From Prorocentrum cordatum (taxonomy: Eukaryota), in NCBI GenBank assembly GCA_963575745.1, contig CAUYUJ010000336.1:310001-374000 (forward strand): 64,000 bases of DNA. Direction: 5' to 3'. Of the stretch, positions 40,259 through 52,400 are shown piece after piece. A program made the translations under genes and the position numbers. A model generated the notes under the pieces. The model did no database searches, was not told where the DNA came from, and saw nothing but the letters and a program-made list of their open reading frames with translations. Every line of letters starts with the position of its first letter. Position 1 is the first letter of the stretch.

Positions 40259-40270
40259 GGTTATCAGCCC
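40259..40270 (+). promoter_or_regulatory. Primer-binding site, half-tRNA(iMet) type
   Basis: GGTTATCAGCCC directly after the 5' LTR. It is one mismatch from GGTTATGAGCCC, the complement of the initiator tRNA-Met anticodon arm (GGGCUCAUAACC), as in copia/Ty5-type priming. Confidence 0.75.
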
Positions 40271-40760
40271 TTTAAAGCTCACAGTTCATCGAACCCCGCG
40301 TCGCGATCTCGCACGCGGCCTCGATGGAACCCAAGCGGCGCATGCGCCGTAAGGGGTCCATCGGGGCCTCGCGTCCGAGCTCTCCGACGGCGCGACGGCT
40401 CGGTGATGAGTTGGAGAGCCTTAGTGTGGACCGTATAGGTGTCCCAGGCCCCCCCCCCCCCCCAGCTCCGACGGGCCCGAGGCGCGGCTAGCTGCTGAAC
40501 TTCACCGCCGCGCCGCCCGCGGGGGGACAGGAGAAGGAGTAGGAGCAGGCAGTAGGGAGTTTCACACGCCTACCTTCGATCCTCCATCTCCTCCTCCGTC
40601 GGGGGCAATCGCAACTGCGTCGGGCGAGAGCCCCGCTGGTCCTGATACTCCAGGGCGCTTTCGCGCTAACCGCCGATGGACTTCAGGTGCTGGCACGCCC
40701 AGCCCTGCGACCGTTCCCGCAGCGGAGCACGTAGCCACCTTCGAGGAACTCAGTAGACCA

Positions 40761-43337
40761 GTGGCGGCACAGCCGCAGACGCAGTACCCCAAAGTATCAT
40801 CTCATGAGACACCACACACACACACGGTCCTAGCCGCAGCTCGTCCTTGCGCAACCGTCGTGGGGCCACAGGCCCATGCGACGAAAGGGTGCCGATCCCG
40901 CGCGCTGCCTCGCAGAGGCCATGCACTCCTCGCGAGAGGGTGCCGAGGGAAGTTGACGCCCCCCACCTCCATTTCAGACGACCTGCCTGCGGAGACGTCC
41001 GCTGCAGGCGAGATAGCTGAGCTCAGAGACCAGGTTGAAACCTTCGTGTCCAGGCAGTACTCTGGACTACTGCAGAGCGTTCAGACGAACGCTGCCAACA
41101 CTGCTGCTCTACGCCAAGATCTTGACGGCGCCCTGGGGATCATTGGTTCCAGGATCGCCGAAGATCGACGCATCGTAGGTGAGCTGCAGTACCAGGTTGA
41201 CCGCGAGATGTCGCACTCAGGTGAACGATCGGCGATGGTCGAGAACCTGCGCAACTACCTCGCGCAGATGGAGCAACAGCTTGTGCTCGTACGCGACACT
41301 GGCGTTTCAGCAGTCAGGATCCTCCACGACGAGATCCATGACCAGCTCCGCAACCGACCATCACCAGCCGAGGCCACCGACCTTGGCGATGTTCAGTCTC
41401 AGATCAACGATCTTCGACCCCACATGGACCACACTACGGCGACGCTTCGCTCCGAAGCACACATCAACTCGTCGAACCTGATCGACATGTTGCAACGTAC
41501 TGAGAGAGTCATCACTCAAAGGCTTGATGCGACCAACGCTGTCGTGCAGCCACTCGCTAACCGGATCTCTGACATCGAGCAGCGTTTTCCTGGCGTACAG
41601 GACGCCCTGGCAGAGTTGCGTGTCGGACGAGCCCAGACCGGCCGGCTGGATTCTCCTCCCACGGTTTACGATTTCGCCCGCCTCACTGACAGGTTGCAGG
41701 AGATTGAGGAGGCGGCGGGCCACGCGCAGTTAGAGCTCTCCCAGGTTATTCGTGTGAGAGATACTGGGAAAGTACGTGTTGAGGGGCACCTCGCACGTCT
41801 GGAAAGTGAGTTGGAGGCGCACGGCGCCCGTCTCCGAGCCTACGAGCAACGACGCGATCGGCATTCACAACGCTCTCGGGATACTGATGAGTACACACGC
41901 CAAAAGGTGGAACATATACACGAAGATATGACGTGCTGGAGAAATCAGCTGATTGACCACACCAACGACAACACACTTCACCTTCAACCTGCAACCGACC
42001 TTCACAGGCCGACGGCAGCGTCCGCCGAAGCACCACAAGCTTCTGCAGGACAACAACGACGTACGTCACCAGGAGCAGCCTCCGCGGCAGCTTCAACACA
42101 GACACGACACGTGTCTCTTGTGCGCACAGAACCCCTTACCGACGGTGCCCCGATACCCTCACAACCGTTGTCTGCGGTTTCGGTCAACACCACTACTCCT
42201 ATCAAGGAGTCAGACACCGTCCGAGTCCCTGTCTTGCCTAAGATCACGCAGCTGCTTGAGTGGCAGCAAAGGGTACAGAAGAACTTTGGAGCCGCCTCAG
42301 GGCGACCTTCCAAAGCATATGCCTTCCTATGCGTGGCTGAACAGCCCGAGTGTACCTTCGAGGACTTACAAGACAGTGGCGACTTTGAGAGCATCGATTG
42401 CAAACGCGCGACTGCTCTCAGCGACATCTGATCCTCATACTTGCGCTACCAAATCAGGCTCATCGAAACCAGAGATCACAAAGCAGGACGCATGCTCACA
42501 GGACGCCAGATCTACTGGCACATCCTACAGTCCTACAAAGTGACAGAGGTCGATGGCGACCTGCACGACTTCGAGCGCCTCAAAGAACTGAGGATGCGAG
42601 ACGATGGTTTTCAACGTTTCATTACTGATTGGGACGCTTTACTATTGGAGTGCCGAGAGGCACCCGATCCAAAGATCTTGGAATCTCTGTTTCGCACACA
42701 GATTCGCAGACATGCCTGGATGAAACAAGATATGTACGAATACCAGCGCATGAAGATCAGCGGCCCGAATCGTACCTATGATTGGCTCCGACAGCGCGTC
42801 CTGGACGTACTGGGGCTGAAACAATTCGAGAATAATCAAAATAAGTTACGGTACGAACATGAGACTCGTTCTCAAGTCAATGTATGCGCCGCCTGGAAGA
42901 CAGGCAACTGTCGCAATGGTGATCGATGCAAGGCTTTGCATACCTTCTCCAGGGATTGGAAGAGCACCAGATCTTCCAGAGCATCGACCGCAGGCGGCAA
43001 CTCCCGCCGCAGCGTTTCAGCCCCTGCGAATCCCAAGAAGCCAGCATCGAAGCCATTTTGCTTCGAGTTCGCCAAGCGCAACACATGCACCAGAGGCGAC
43101 AAGTGCAACTTCCCACACATGGCGCAGTGCAGAGACTTCGCACAGAATAAGTGCACCAAGGGCGACAAATGCGAATACGCTCGCCTGGCACCTGGTGCGC
43201 AGACATCCGAGCGAAGCCCGAGTCGCCCACGGACCTCCAGTCAGGACAGTCGTGGCCGACCACCATCCCGCGGATCAGGGAGCCAACGCTCTTCACAACG
43301 CGGGGGGGTTCCGCCATGCAAAAGACTCACACCATAG
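40761..43337 (+). pseudogene. gag: Copia Gag-like polyprotein: coiled-coil N-terminus, capsid-like region, three CCCH-type zinc fingers
   Basis: ORFs 40761-42431 and 42441-43337 share a frame and are split by one TGA (42429-42431). Fingers CAAWKTGNCRNGDRCKALH, CFEFAKRNTCTRGDKCNFPH and CRDFAQNKCTKGDKCEYAR. Position between PBS and protease. Confidence 0.8.
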
Positions 43338-44034
43338 ACGTGACAATGGACGCCAATACGACCGATCTCGATCATCCTCCAGGAGGTCTCCAGACTCTCG
43401 CAGTCAGCCGAGAAGTCGCCACGACAGATCTTCGCGATCTACCTCCCGAGGACGAGACAGCCGTGGCGGAGGACGTGGCAGCCCACGTGGCCGCGATAGA
43501 TCATACGGTAATGACAGAGGACGTGGCCGACGTTCCACGAGCCGCGGTTCGTCCCGTGGTTCTCCCCACTTCAGAGCACGCTCTCCTGCCAACTATCGAC
43601 GTTCTCGCCGCTCCGACCGCAGTTGCGTCATACGTGACAAGACCCTCATGGCCTCCACTAAGGCCACTACAACTTCCACCAAACCACGGCGTCGGATACG
43701 TTTTGACACACATAATGTGGAATACTACACGCACATCGTCTCCGGCAAGGCCAGACTGGATAAGTGGAAGGAGATGCCGAATGAGGGCGACATTGTCAAA
43801 GTACCAGACCCGCTACCACAATGGTGGTGGAAACAGAGTGCCGATGCCCTACAACATTGTCAACGGGAGGCACAATTATGGCACACAGATCTACATGACT
43901 ACCGACACAACAGGGGGTCGGTGGTCACGCCAACTGCGATTCCAGATTCTGATGGCTCTACCATACAGTCATCAAAGACACCCCAGACGAAGACAATGAC
44001 TTCGTAAGTCGACCCTCCACGCTCGACCGCTGCG

Positions 44035-46323
44035 TTGGCACGCCCCTGGGTTCTCGACAGTGGATCTGCACATCATGTTCAGGGCAAAAACGAGCTGACG
44101 CAGACCGAATCGGATCGCATATCTGTTCGCGAGGAGCATCCTCTGGAAACCGCCAACGGCGACCGTACTGTCAACGAGCACTACGACATACGGCTTCCCG
44201 AGGTTGGCTTACACAGTTCAGCCCTCGCCTTGCCAGATTGCCCATCATTACGATCAGTTGGGAAATTGATTGAGGTTGATGGCTTTCGGCAGCTTTGGGA
44301 TCCAGAGCTGGGCTACTTGCTTCAGGATTCGGGGGGCCAATGGTATAATATTCCAGTCAACAACAGAGTTCCAGAATTACGACTCGACGACTTGGCGATG
44401 ATACCACCGCCACGACTATGCACTTCATCAGCACCCAGACGTCGTCAGCGCAAGCGTTCATCCGCCCGCTGCAACGACATATGCTGGTGTTGCAAAACTG
44501 CAGAGCAGTCACCACCTACAGATGAGCTGCGGCCCCACATAGGGACCTGTCCCAAGAGACCACATGTCGGCAAGGGAGGAGGAGCACGGACCGCCACGGT
44601 CGAAGAACCTCCCGACACATATAATGCCGAGTCCGACGTGGACACACCCACCGACTCGCTTACGTCTCAGATGCAGTGTTCTCCTCCCGCATGCGGGGGG
44701 CTTGCAGATACAGCTCAAGCAGATACCGACATCACGTCGACCTCCTTCAAGGATCTGCCGATGGAGACGCTCATCACAGTGCACCATGGTAGTGATCGTG
44801 TTCTTCCAAACAGACAAAAGAAACCGATTGATCCTATGCGCTACATGACCCACAGTCCGAAACGCCCAGACTGTGAGATTTGTTCTCGCACGATGGCGCA
44901 GGGCGCTCCGTGCCGAAGACAGCACAGACCACATCCACCGTCAGACCCCGCCGACGAGGACACAGCCTACGAGGCCTTTGTCCCGGAGAAGTTCGGGGAA
45001 GCTCTAACTGCCGACCATGTCGTTTTGGCCAAAGACGATGCCGCCGACAAGCGCGGCGACAAGTATGCACTTGTCGTCCTGGATAGATACACCGGCATCT
45101 TCATGGCATACCCAGCATTACACAAAGACGCAGCTATTACAAAGGCATCCTTCCAGCAGTTCATCGCCGCGAACGATGAGGTAAAGCACATCTACACAGA
45201 CAATTCTGGAGAGCTTCAGAAGGCATGCCGCCAACTGGGATGGAGACATGACGCTAGTACTCCTCATCGTCCACAAACGAATGGATTGATCGAGCGCATT
45301 ATCAAGATCGTCATCCTCGGTGCGAGAGCTGTGTTGCACATGTCTGGTCTGGGACACGAGTGGTGGAAAGAGGCCATGCAAGCCTTTTGCTGTGGACATA
45401 ACTTTGCGCATCCATCCACGGGCGTTGCTGCCCTCAGCGAGGAACACGCCGACAAGACGGCTCATGAAATACGTTTTGGAGAAAGTTTTCCCGGGCACTG
45501 CGTTCCCTTTGGTGCTCGGATATTTTGGAAATGCTTCAATCCCGAGATCAATAACGAGACTGCAAAGTTCAAAGAGAATGCTCGAGAAGGGTTGTTCATG
45601 GGTTACCATTTACACTCCGGTGGACGATGGTCTGGTGATTATCTCGTCTTGGACACGGCTACATACGCCAAGAACCCCGACGGTGAGCTGTGTCACGTAC
45701 ACAGAGTCAAGGATATCATCATCCCCGACGGCAAGTTCACCTACCCAGTGAAAGAGGGTACCCTGCGACATCACAACCCTGAGGCACACGACGAGGTCAA
45801 GGCATCCACTTCTCGCCCCTTGGGCGACAAACCTATGCCCGACCCTCCACTTGCTTATCCTAAAGAATGGGATGACCCGTCTATGATGACGATGGACGAC
45901 AACATCGTTGATACCCACCCATCAGCCTCTGAGGTTGCTGCACCAGCACCGGAGCCCGACTACCGGGAACAGCGTGGATATTGCGTCATCAGACACATAC
46001 GTACTCCACGCAGGAAATTGTTCATACCAACGGACGATGTTAGGAACATACCTGTACCTGTTGATCAGCTCGACGTGACACGAGACTTCGAGACGACCTC
46101 TACCTTCGACGGAGAAAGTGTCTTTCGCGATGTTTGGGGCGGTGTCGGCGCCAACGACCACCGGGAATTGAGTGGGCCTTGGACCGGACTGGCTCGATTC
46201 TATGAGCTCCCCAAAATGATGCTCGACGGCAAAATGGCGGTCCGCGGCCGCGAGACACGCGTCCAGACCACTACGCGCCCAGACCACATTCTGCCCGAGC
46301 ATTGGAAGACATTATCTCGATGA
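44035..46323 (+). pseudogene. pol: Copia Pol: aspartic protease and integrase
   Basis: Protease PWVLDSGSAHH; zinc-binding THSPKRPDCEIC; integrase core TADH...LDRYTG...IYTDNSGEL...STPHRPQTNGLIER; post-core GLFMGY. Ends at an in-frame TGA (46321-46323). Confidence 0.92.
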
Positions 46324-49110
46324 CAACAAAAGAAAGAGATCGAATACGCCGAAGATGTCAAACGAGCTCGTGAGATTCGTGACCGAGCCGCACTTCGAGC
46401 GCGGACCCGACAGGACAAACAGGCCAAAACATTCCGTACCACTACAGCTGGCGGACCCACATGGAATATCGTGGAACGACGGATTACGTACGATACCGAC
46501 AGCGGCGCTGTCATCCGTGACGAGGACGACAAGGGCGTGATCAACCAAGAAATTCTGTATGCCAAACTACCTGGTGGACCACGTGACATTACTACAGTAC
46601 TATACTACCGCCAACCCTCACCACAGCCTGCTGGAGCTGCACGTGCTCTGGTACTTGTCGACAGCGAGGGGATCGACTTCGGGGCCGTGAACCCGCTCGC
46701 ACGCAAGTTCCCCCCGTCGGTAGCAGTGCCCACTATGCCACGTGAGCCGACATACGCACCGGCACACAGAGACAATATTCCTGATTCACCGTGGGCACGC
46801 CCCGCCTTTGTTACCAGAAATTTGAGTAAGAAAGAAGTTGCTGCAGAACCACGCGCACAGGAGGCCCTGCGAAAAGAATACGAGCGACTTGAAAAGAAGC
46901 AAACGTGTATGTTGGAGACTGTTGCAGAAAAAGCTGATATTGAATCACAAGCGATTCGTGCTGGGACGAAGGTTCACTTCTTCAATATCCTGGAGCTCTC
47001 TTCAGTCAAACATGAGGAACTTGCTCCTGATTTACGTAAGTTCAAGGGCAGAGTGGTGGTTCAGGGCAATACCGGCAAAGACGAGACCGGATTGGCCGCC
47101 ATATTCGCCGACGCCGCATCCAGTGCTTCGCATATCGAGGCTTCCAAACTTTGCGATGCTACCGCACTATTGCCACAATATGCGGGCGAACAAAGTGATG
47201 CACCTGGAGCAAACACGCAGGCATTGTTATACGGCGACGGACGAATCGACCCAGTCGATATTTGGATTACCATACCCAAGTGGCCCCAACCTGCATCTTG
47301 GTCTAAATACAAGAATCCCGTGTGCCGATTACGATTGGCACGATGCGGACATCCTCTCGCAGGTGTTTTTTGGGAACGAAAGTGTCGCACATGCCTGGAA
47401 AGTGTTGGATTTGAGCCTATTCCAGGCTGGGAATGCGTGTGGAGACACAACAAACTGGGACTGATACTTCCAGTATATGTGGACGACTTCAGATTAGCAG
47501 GCCCAGCCATCAATCTACAAGCCGGCTGGGATTATATCCGCAAAAGCGGCTTTGATTTGGACCCGCCTACTCCATACTCTCAATACCTTGGCCGTGGACA
47601 ACAGGCATGCGACGTACCGCAGAACATCTTTGACAAAAGAATGTCTACCATTTGACCTATGTTGCCTGCACGCAGTAATAAAGATTACCATACAGCTAAA
47701 CAAGTTCGTGGAATACGACATGACATGCTTGGTTTTACTGATCAGTGTACTGAGCGGTACCTGGAATGCGCTTCCAAGCGTACCCAGGGGGAAGGGTCAC
47801 GTCGTAAACGGTCCGGCTCACCGAGGGCTTCGCGACCCAAATCGCCTAGCTCCTCCGGGTCGGTCGCGAGACCCACAAGCGTGCTCAACGCGCGACCACG
47901 ATCGTCCAGCCCAGCTAGATCGGTCGACAAACATTCCACTACGACAGATTCAACAACAGTCACATACGATGACCTTCCCGACGCCGAGACTCCTGGCATC
48001 GAGGACACCTCCTTCGCCGAGTCCGACTACTCCGACGAGGGTATCTTCGGCCAGGACGCGGCGAGTGTATTGATGAAGATTCTCTACCTGGCACGGTGCT
48101 GTCGTTTCGATCTTTTACATCCAGTATGTATGCTAGCCAGAGAGATTACCACATTGAATACCACGTGTGATAAACGCCTACATCGGTTGATATGCTACAT
48201 CAAAACGACGCGTACTCATTGTTTACATGGATGGATAGGCGATTCCTCAGACAAGCTCGCCATCATGCTCTTCACTGACGCCTCGTTCGCCGATTGCATT
48301 ACCTCCTCCAAGTCCCTTCACCGGCATCTTCGCCGCGCTTGTTGGACCCAACACGTTCTTCCCGGTCAATGCCGTGTGCAAGAAACAAACGGTCGTATCG
48401 CACTCATCCACAGAGTCCGAGATCGTTGCTCTTGACTCAGCAGTACGACTGGAAGGGCTACCACTACTCTCATTCTGGGAGGCCGTGGTGGAGGTTGCCA
48501 GCACTTGCAAGGAGAAGAATACTTGCCCGGGCTGCCTGGGACGCGCCGCCACGGCGACATGTCCGACATTGGCCGCCAAAAAGAAGAGGCGCAAGCCATC
48601 GCCTCGCAAGGCGCCCCCCACGCGGGGATCTTCCCCTAGCCGTAGGCAGCTACCGCTGAAGATGGAGCCACTTACGCCTCCAAAGAGGCGCACGATATCC
48701 CATGAGGGTACTGTGTTACACGTGGATCCAGAGCCTGCTCAGGAGAGCAGCTCTCCCAAAGTACATCTCATCGTCCGCGAGGATAACCAGGCCGTGATCA
48801 AGATTGTCCAAAAGGGACGTACACCAGCACTTCGTAATCTTCATGGTACTCATCGTATAAGCTTGGATTGGATATGCGAGACATGCCACTTCGAACATAT
48901 GAGCTCATGTATGTAGGTACAAAAGAGCAGATCGCAGATATGATGACCAAACATTTTGAGCCAAAGAAAGCAGACCTCTGGAGGGACATCTTGGAGCACT
49001 CACTCATCTTTCCTGTTACTCCGGTACAATGTGCTCCAAAGAACCCATGGAGACCACTACGAGGGCCTCGGAGGCCCGATGGTTTACCTCATGTTGCAGA
49101 ACCTCCATAA
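46324..49110 (+). pseudogene. pol: Copia Pol: reverse transcriptase and RNase H
   Basis: RT motifs FKGRVVVQG, QSDAPGANTQA, VYVDDF (YVDD 47476-47487), QYLG. RNase H motifs FTDASFAD, SHSSTESE, EDNQAVI, TKEQIADMMTK. In-frame TGA at 47653 and frameshifts near 48315 and 48890. Confidence 0.92.
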
Positions 49111-49489
49111 CTGGATGGATGTCCGGAAGTATGCAAAATATTACTTACAGAGAAAGAGAAGTGGGGCGAGGTAGGATCAGAATGCGGAATGATGTGTGTT
49201 GGACAAGCCAATCACGAGGGCATATGTGCATGCATGTACCATATCGGTGTCCCTGCTGCAGCTACCGATTTGCGCACACCTCGATCGAGGGCACGTTCAC
49301 CGCACGGTAGACAACCCCGCCATCCTCCCTCACCACCGCACGACACAGAGAGGTCTAGGACACTTATTGCACGTTCGTGCCGCAGCTGTTTTACGACTCG
49401 AGCGACAAAGCTTACCAGCATCCTGCTCGCCGTGTGCGAGACGCAATCAAGTGATATCGGTTATAATCCCGATCCCCCCATCCCCGAGA

Positions 49490-52400
49490 TGGATCAGGCA
49501 CCGCCGCTCCACCTCGACGGCTGGGCCATCGCCTACGACGCCGAGCACGACCCGAACGCCAAGGGCGACGACCGCGTGGGCTTCACGTACCGCGCTCAAG
49601 CAGGTCGCCCTCGCGATCCCGAGGGTGGCTTTGCATGCGTACATCATCAGCGCTTTGATCGTAGTGCCGAGTATGATCTACGTGTTCCCGACGAATCCAC
49701 TCTGTCGAAGTTGCCCGCTCCGCGTCCGCCGACGCGACGAGTTGGATCGGCAAAGTTGATGGAGGAGCCGGCGGCAACGCCAACTACGAAAACAGTACGA
49801 CCACGGCTACGCCATGGATGTCACTCATGAGAGCCATGTGCATGATCTCCAGCCTCTTCACACTTAATTCTTCTGTACAAGAAAGGGTTCGTGGCTTCCA
49901 TGATCACTTGCATGCCGTGATTCCAAACTCACACCGCAAGTGCCCACCGATGGAGCTCACGACAGTGGTATTAAAGGCAGAGTGGATGATGATGCATCAT
50001 GATTGGTCCAACGTTGGCAGTGCATTTCTTGGGCAATACGCCGAGGACAGCGTTCAGGACACGAACTACTTCTATAGAGATGGGCTTTGTGCGCCTCACG
50101 ATGTATACAATAATGCATTGACAACTCCCAGTTACGCTCCTAAACTTGATCGCGCTGCCGTAGAATTACCCGCACGTCCACCTGGCATGGCCAGGGCACC
50201 AGATACTGCGGGACACCTCGGCCACGTTGTCGAGGATAACCTTGTCACCGAAAATGAGGGCGTTCTCCGATCTCACCCAGACAGGCATATTCCGCCGCAA
50301 GCTCAGCACGCGGTTGACTGCACGCGGAGGCTTTGGGGGCATCGGGTCCAACCCCCAGACGGTGGCAACGCCATCCGATCACCCAGACGGCTGGAAAACC
50401 TCCCCAGACGACGTTGATCATTGGCAACCATACGAGGAGGGAGCTGTGCTGCCCAGCGAAATGCCTACCATGGAGGACCCTGGTCTTAGTACTCCTGGTA
50501 ACGATATTGATCCGCTAGAGCTTGCACAAGCAAAATACAGTGCGTTTTGTGGTGGTCGCTTGGTTTCTACCCTTCTTTGAGACAACGGGTGGCATTCACT
50601 CATACAGGAGGACCTGAGACTTCTTCTACATCATGCGTTTGGCCCGTCAGGACACGCATACAAATGGACAAATCTGAACACGGACTCAACATGGATCATG
50701 CACCCCAAGAAGGGTTCCAATACCGCCAAGCACAAGAAGTATCCCACCCAAGGCATCGACGTGCTCAACAGCCCACAAACGCGAGACGCTCTTGCTAAAG
50801 CATCAAACGTTGGTACCGTACCTTTGTTTACGCCGTGTCTCAATCGTGCAGAATACATCGGTGGCGCCACCCTCGAGCACTTGTCGACCGTCATCCGCGA
50901 TGACATCATGATGTGGGCATTCTCCTTTGGCAGTTACAAAGAATGGTTCAAACAGAACGACACGGCGATCGGCCAGGACTGCATTCCATTGCCAGAGGCT
51001 GGTGGCGACACCCGCTGTGATATGGCACAGCTCCGTGAACAGCGTACGCAGACAGGAGAACCGTATCACAGCTACCCTTGCAAACCAGTTCGAGTCGACA
51101 CCCGAGCAGCGCAACATGATCCTCCTGATCCGCAAGGCCAGGGGTTTGTGGCTGATGAACGACAACGCTTCTATTAAGGAGTGGCGTAACTTGAATGAGG
51201 TTATATGGGACTACTGGGCTAAATATTTTCCTGCATTTGTGAAACAGAGGCACAACTGCAGAGGCCTCAACGCCATGGTGGTCTGGAGTGCAAACGATAT
51301 TGCATGTGCAAACCACTGTCAAACTACGTTGGGCACGTCGCCATGAGGATCGTGCCCATACTTCCGTGCGCGAGCTCATGAAGATGGAGTGCGAGGGTGG
51401 CGTCCCGACGCTTATGCCAGTACACGTACAAGTGGAACGATCACGCTTTGTTGACGTGATGCAGTACTTTCGTTGCCCCACGGTCATGGGGCCAGGCAAA
51501 GCGACACAATGGGGTGTACACCCGACCTTCGACTACCACACGGGCAATCTGATCAAGACGATGCAATCACGTGGTATTACCGTCCTTCCATCAGACCACT
51601 GGGTCGACGCTTACGACAGGATTCGACGCATAATAATCACAATCAATCTGGCGATGTTTGCGACTCAATTCTGTGATGCTGTATGTTATCGCAACTTCTG
51701 CGCGTTGATCCAGTCGTTACCATCTCAGCCTTATCCATTCAGACCTCCTGTTCTGACTCCAGTCACGGACGCACAGGCCTATACACAGGCCAAAGAGATT
51801 ATGGAGGCCCTTCAATTGCGATAAAGGATAACCACTGAGATGAAGAGAGATCTCAGCCTCACGACGCTGATGACTCATACTGCTGGAGAGATGGCTCATT
51901 GCGCTTGGATGGCATCTTGTGCCAGTGGTACTTTGCCAAAATCAATGCCGTTGGCATCAGGCGATCCATGCGTCCCTATTCCTGGACTCGCAAAAGAGCC
52001 ACCAGCACTTGATCCTCGCGATCCCACCAAGGCTATTCCTCATGATGATCCATTTGGCCATGCATACGACGACTTGTTCAACTACCTTCTGCTTCTGATC
52101 AACGACTGCCCCGGGGCGTGGGCATCTTGGGATTCACCTGAGAAACAAGAGTTCGTTCATCCCAAATTTGTGAAAGAGATTCAGGATGCACACGCAGTCA
52201 CCTGGGTCGTGTACGAGCAGTTCCTACAGCAGATTACTGCTTTGGACGGCGATGGCGATTCGACCAAATCACGCATCATTGCAGAGGGCAACAGATTGAG
52301 CTCCCACCGTATTGGTCCTGCTATCGACAACCAGGACACCACTACAGCATGCAACGGATTCTTTACACAGAATGCCTTGGATCGGCTCGCATGTGGACTT

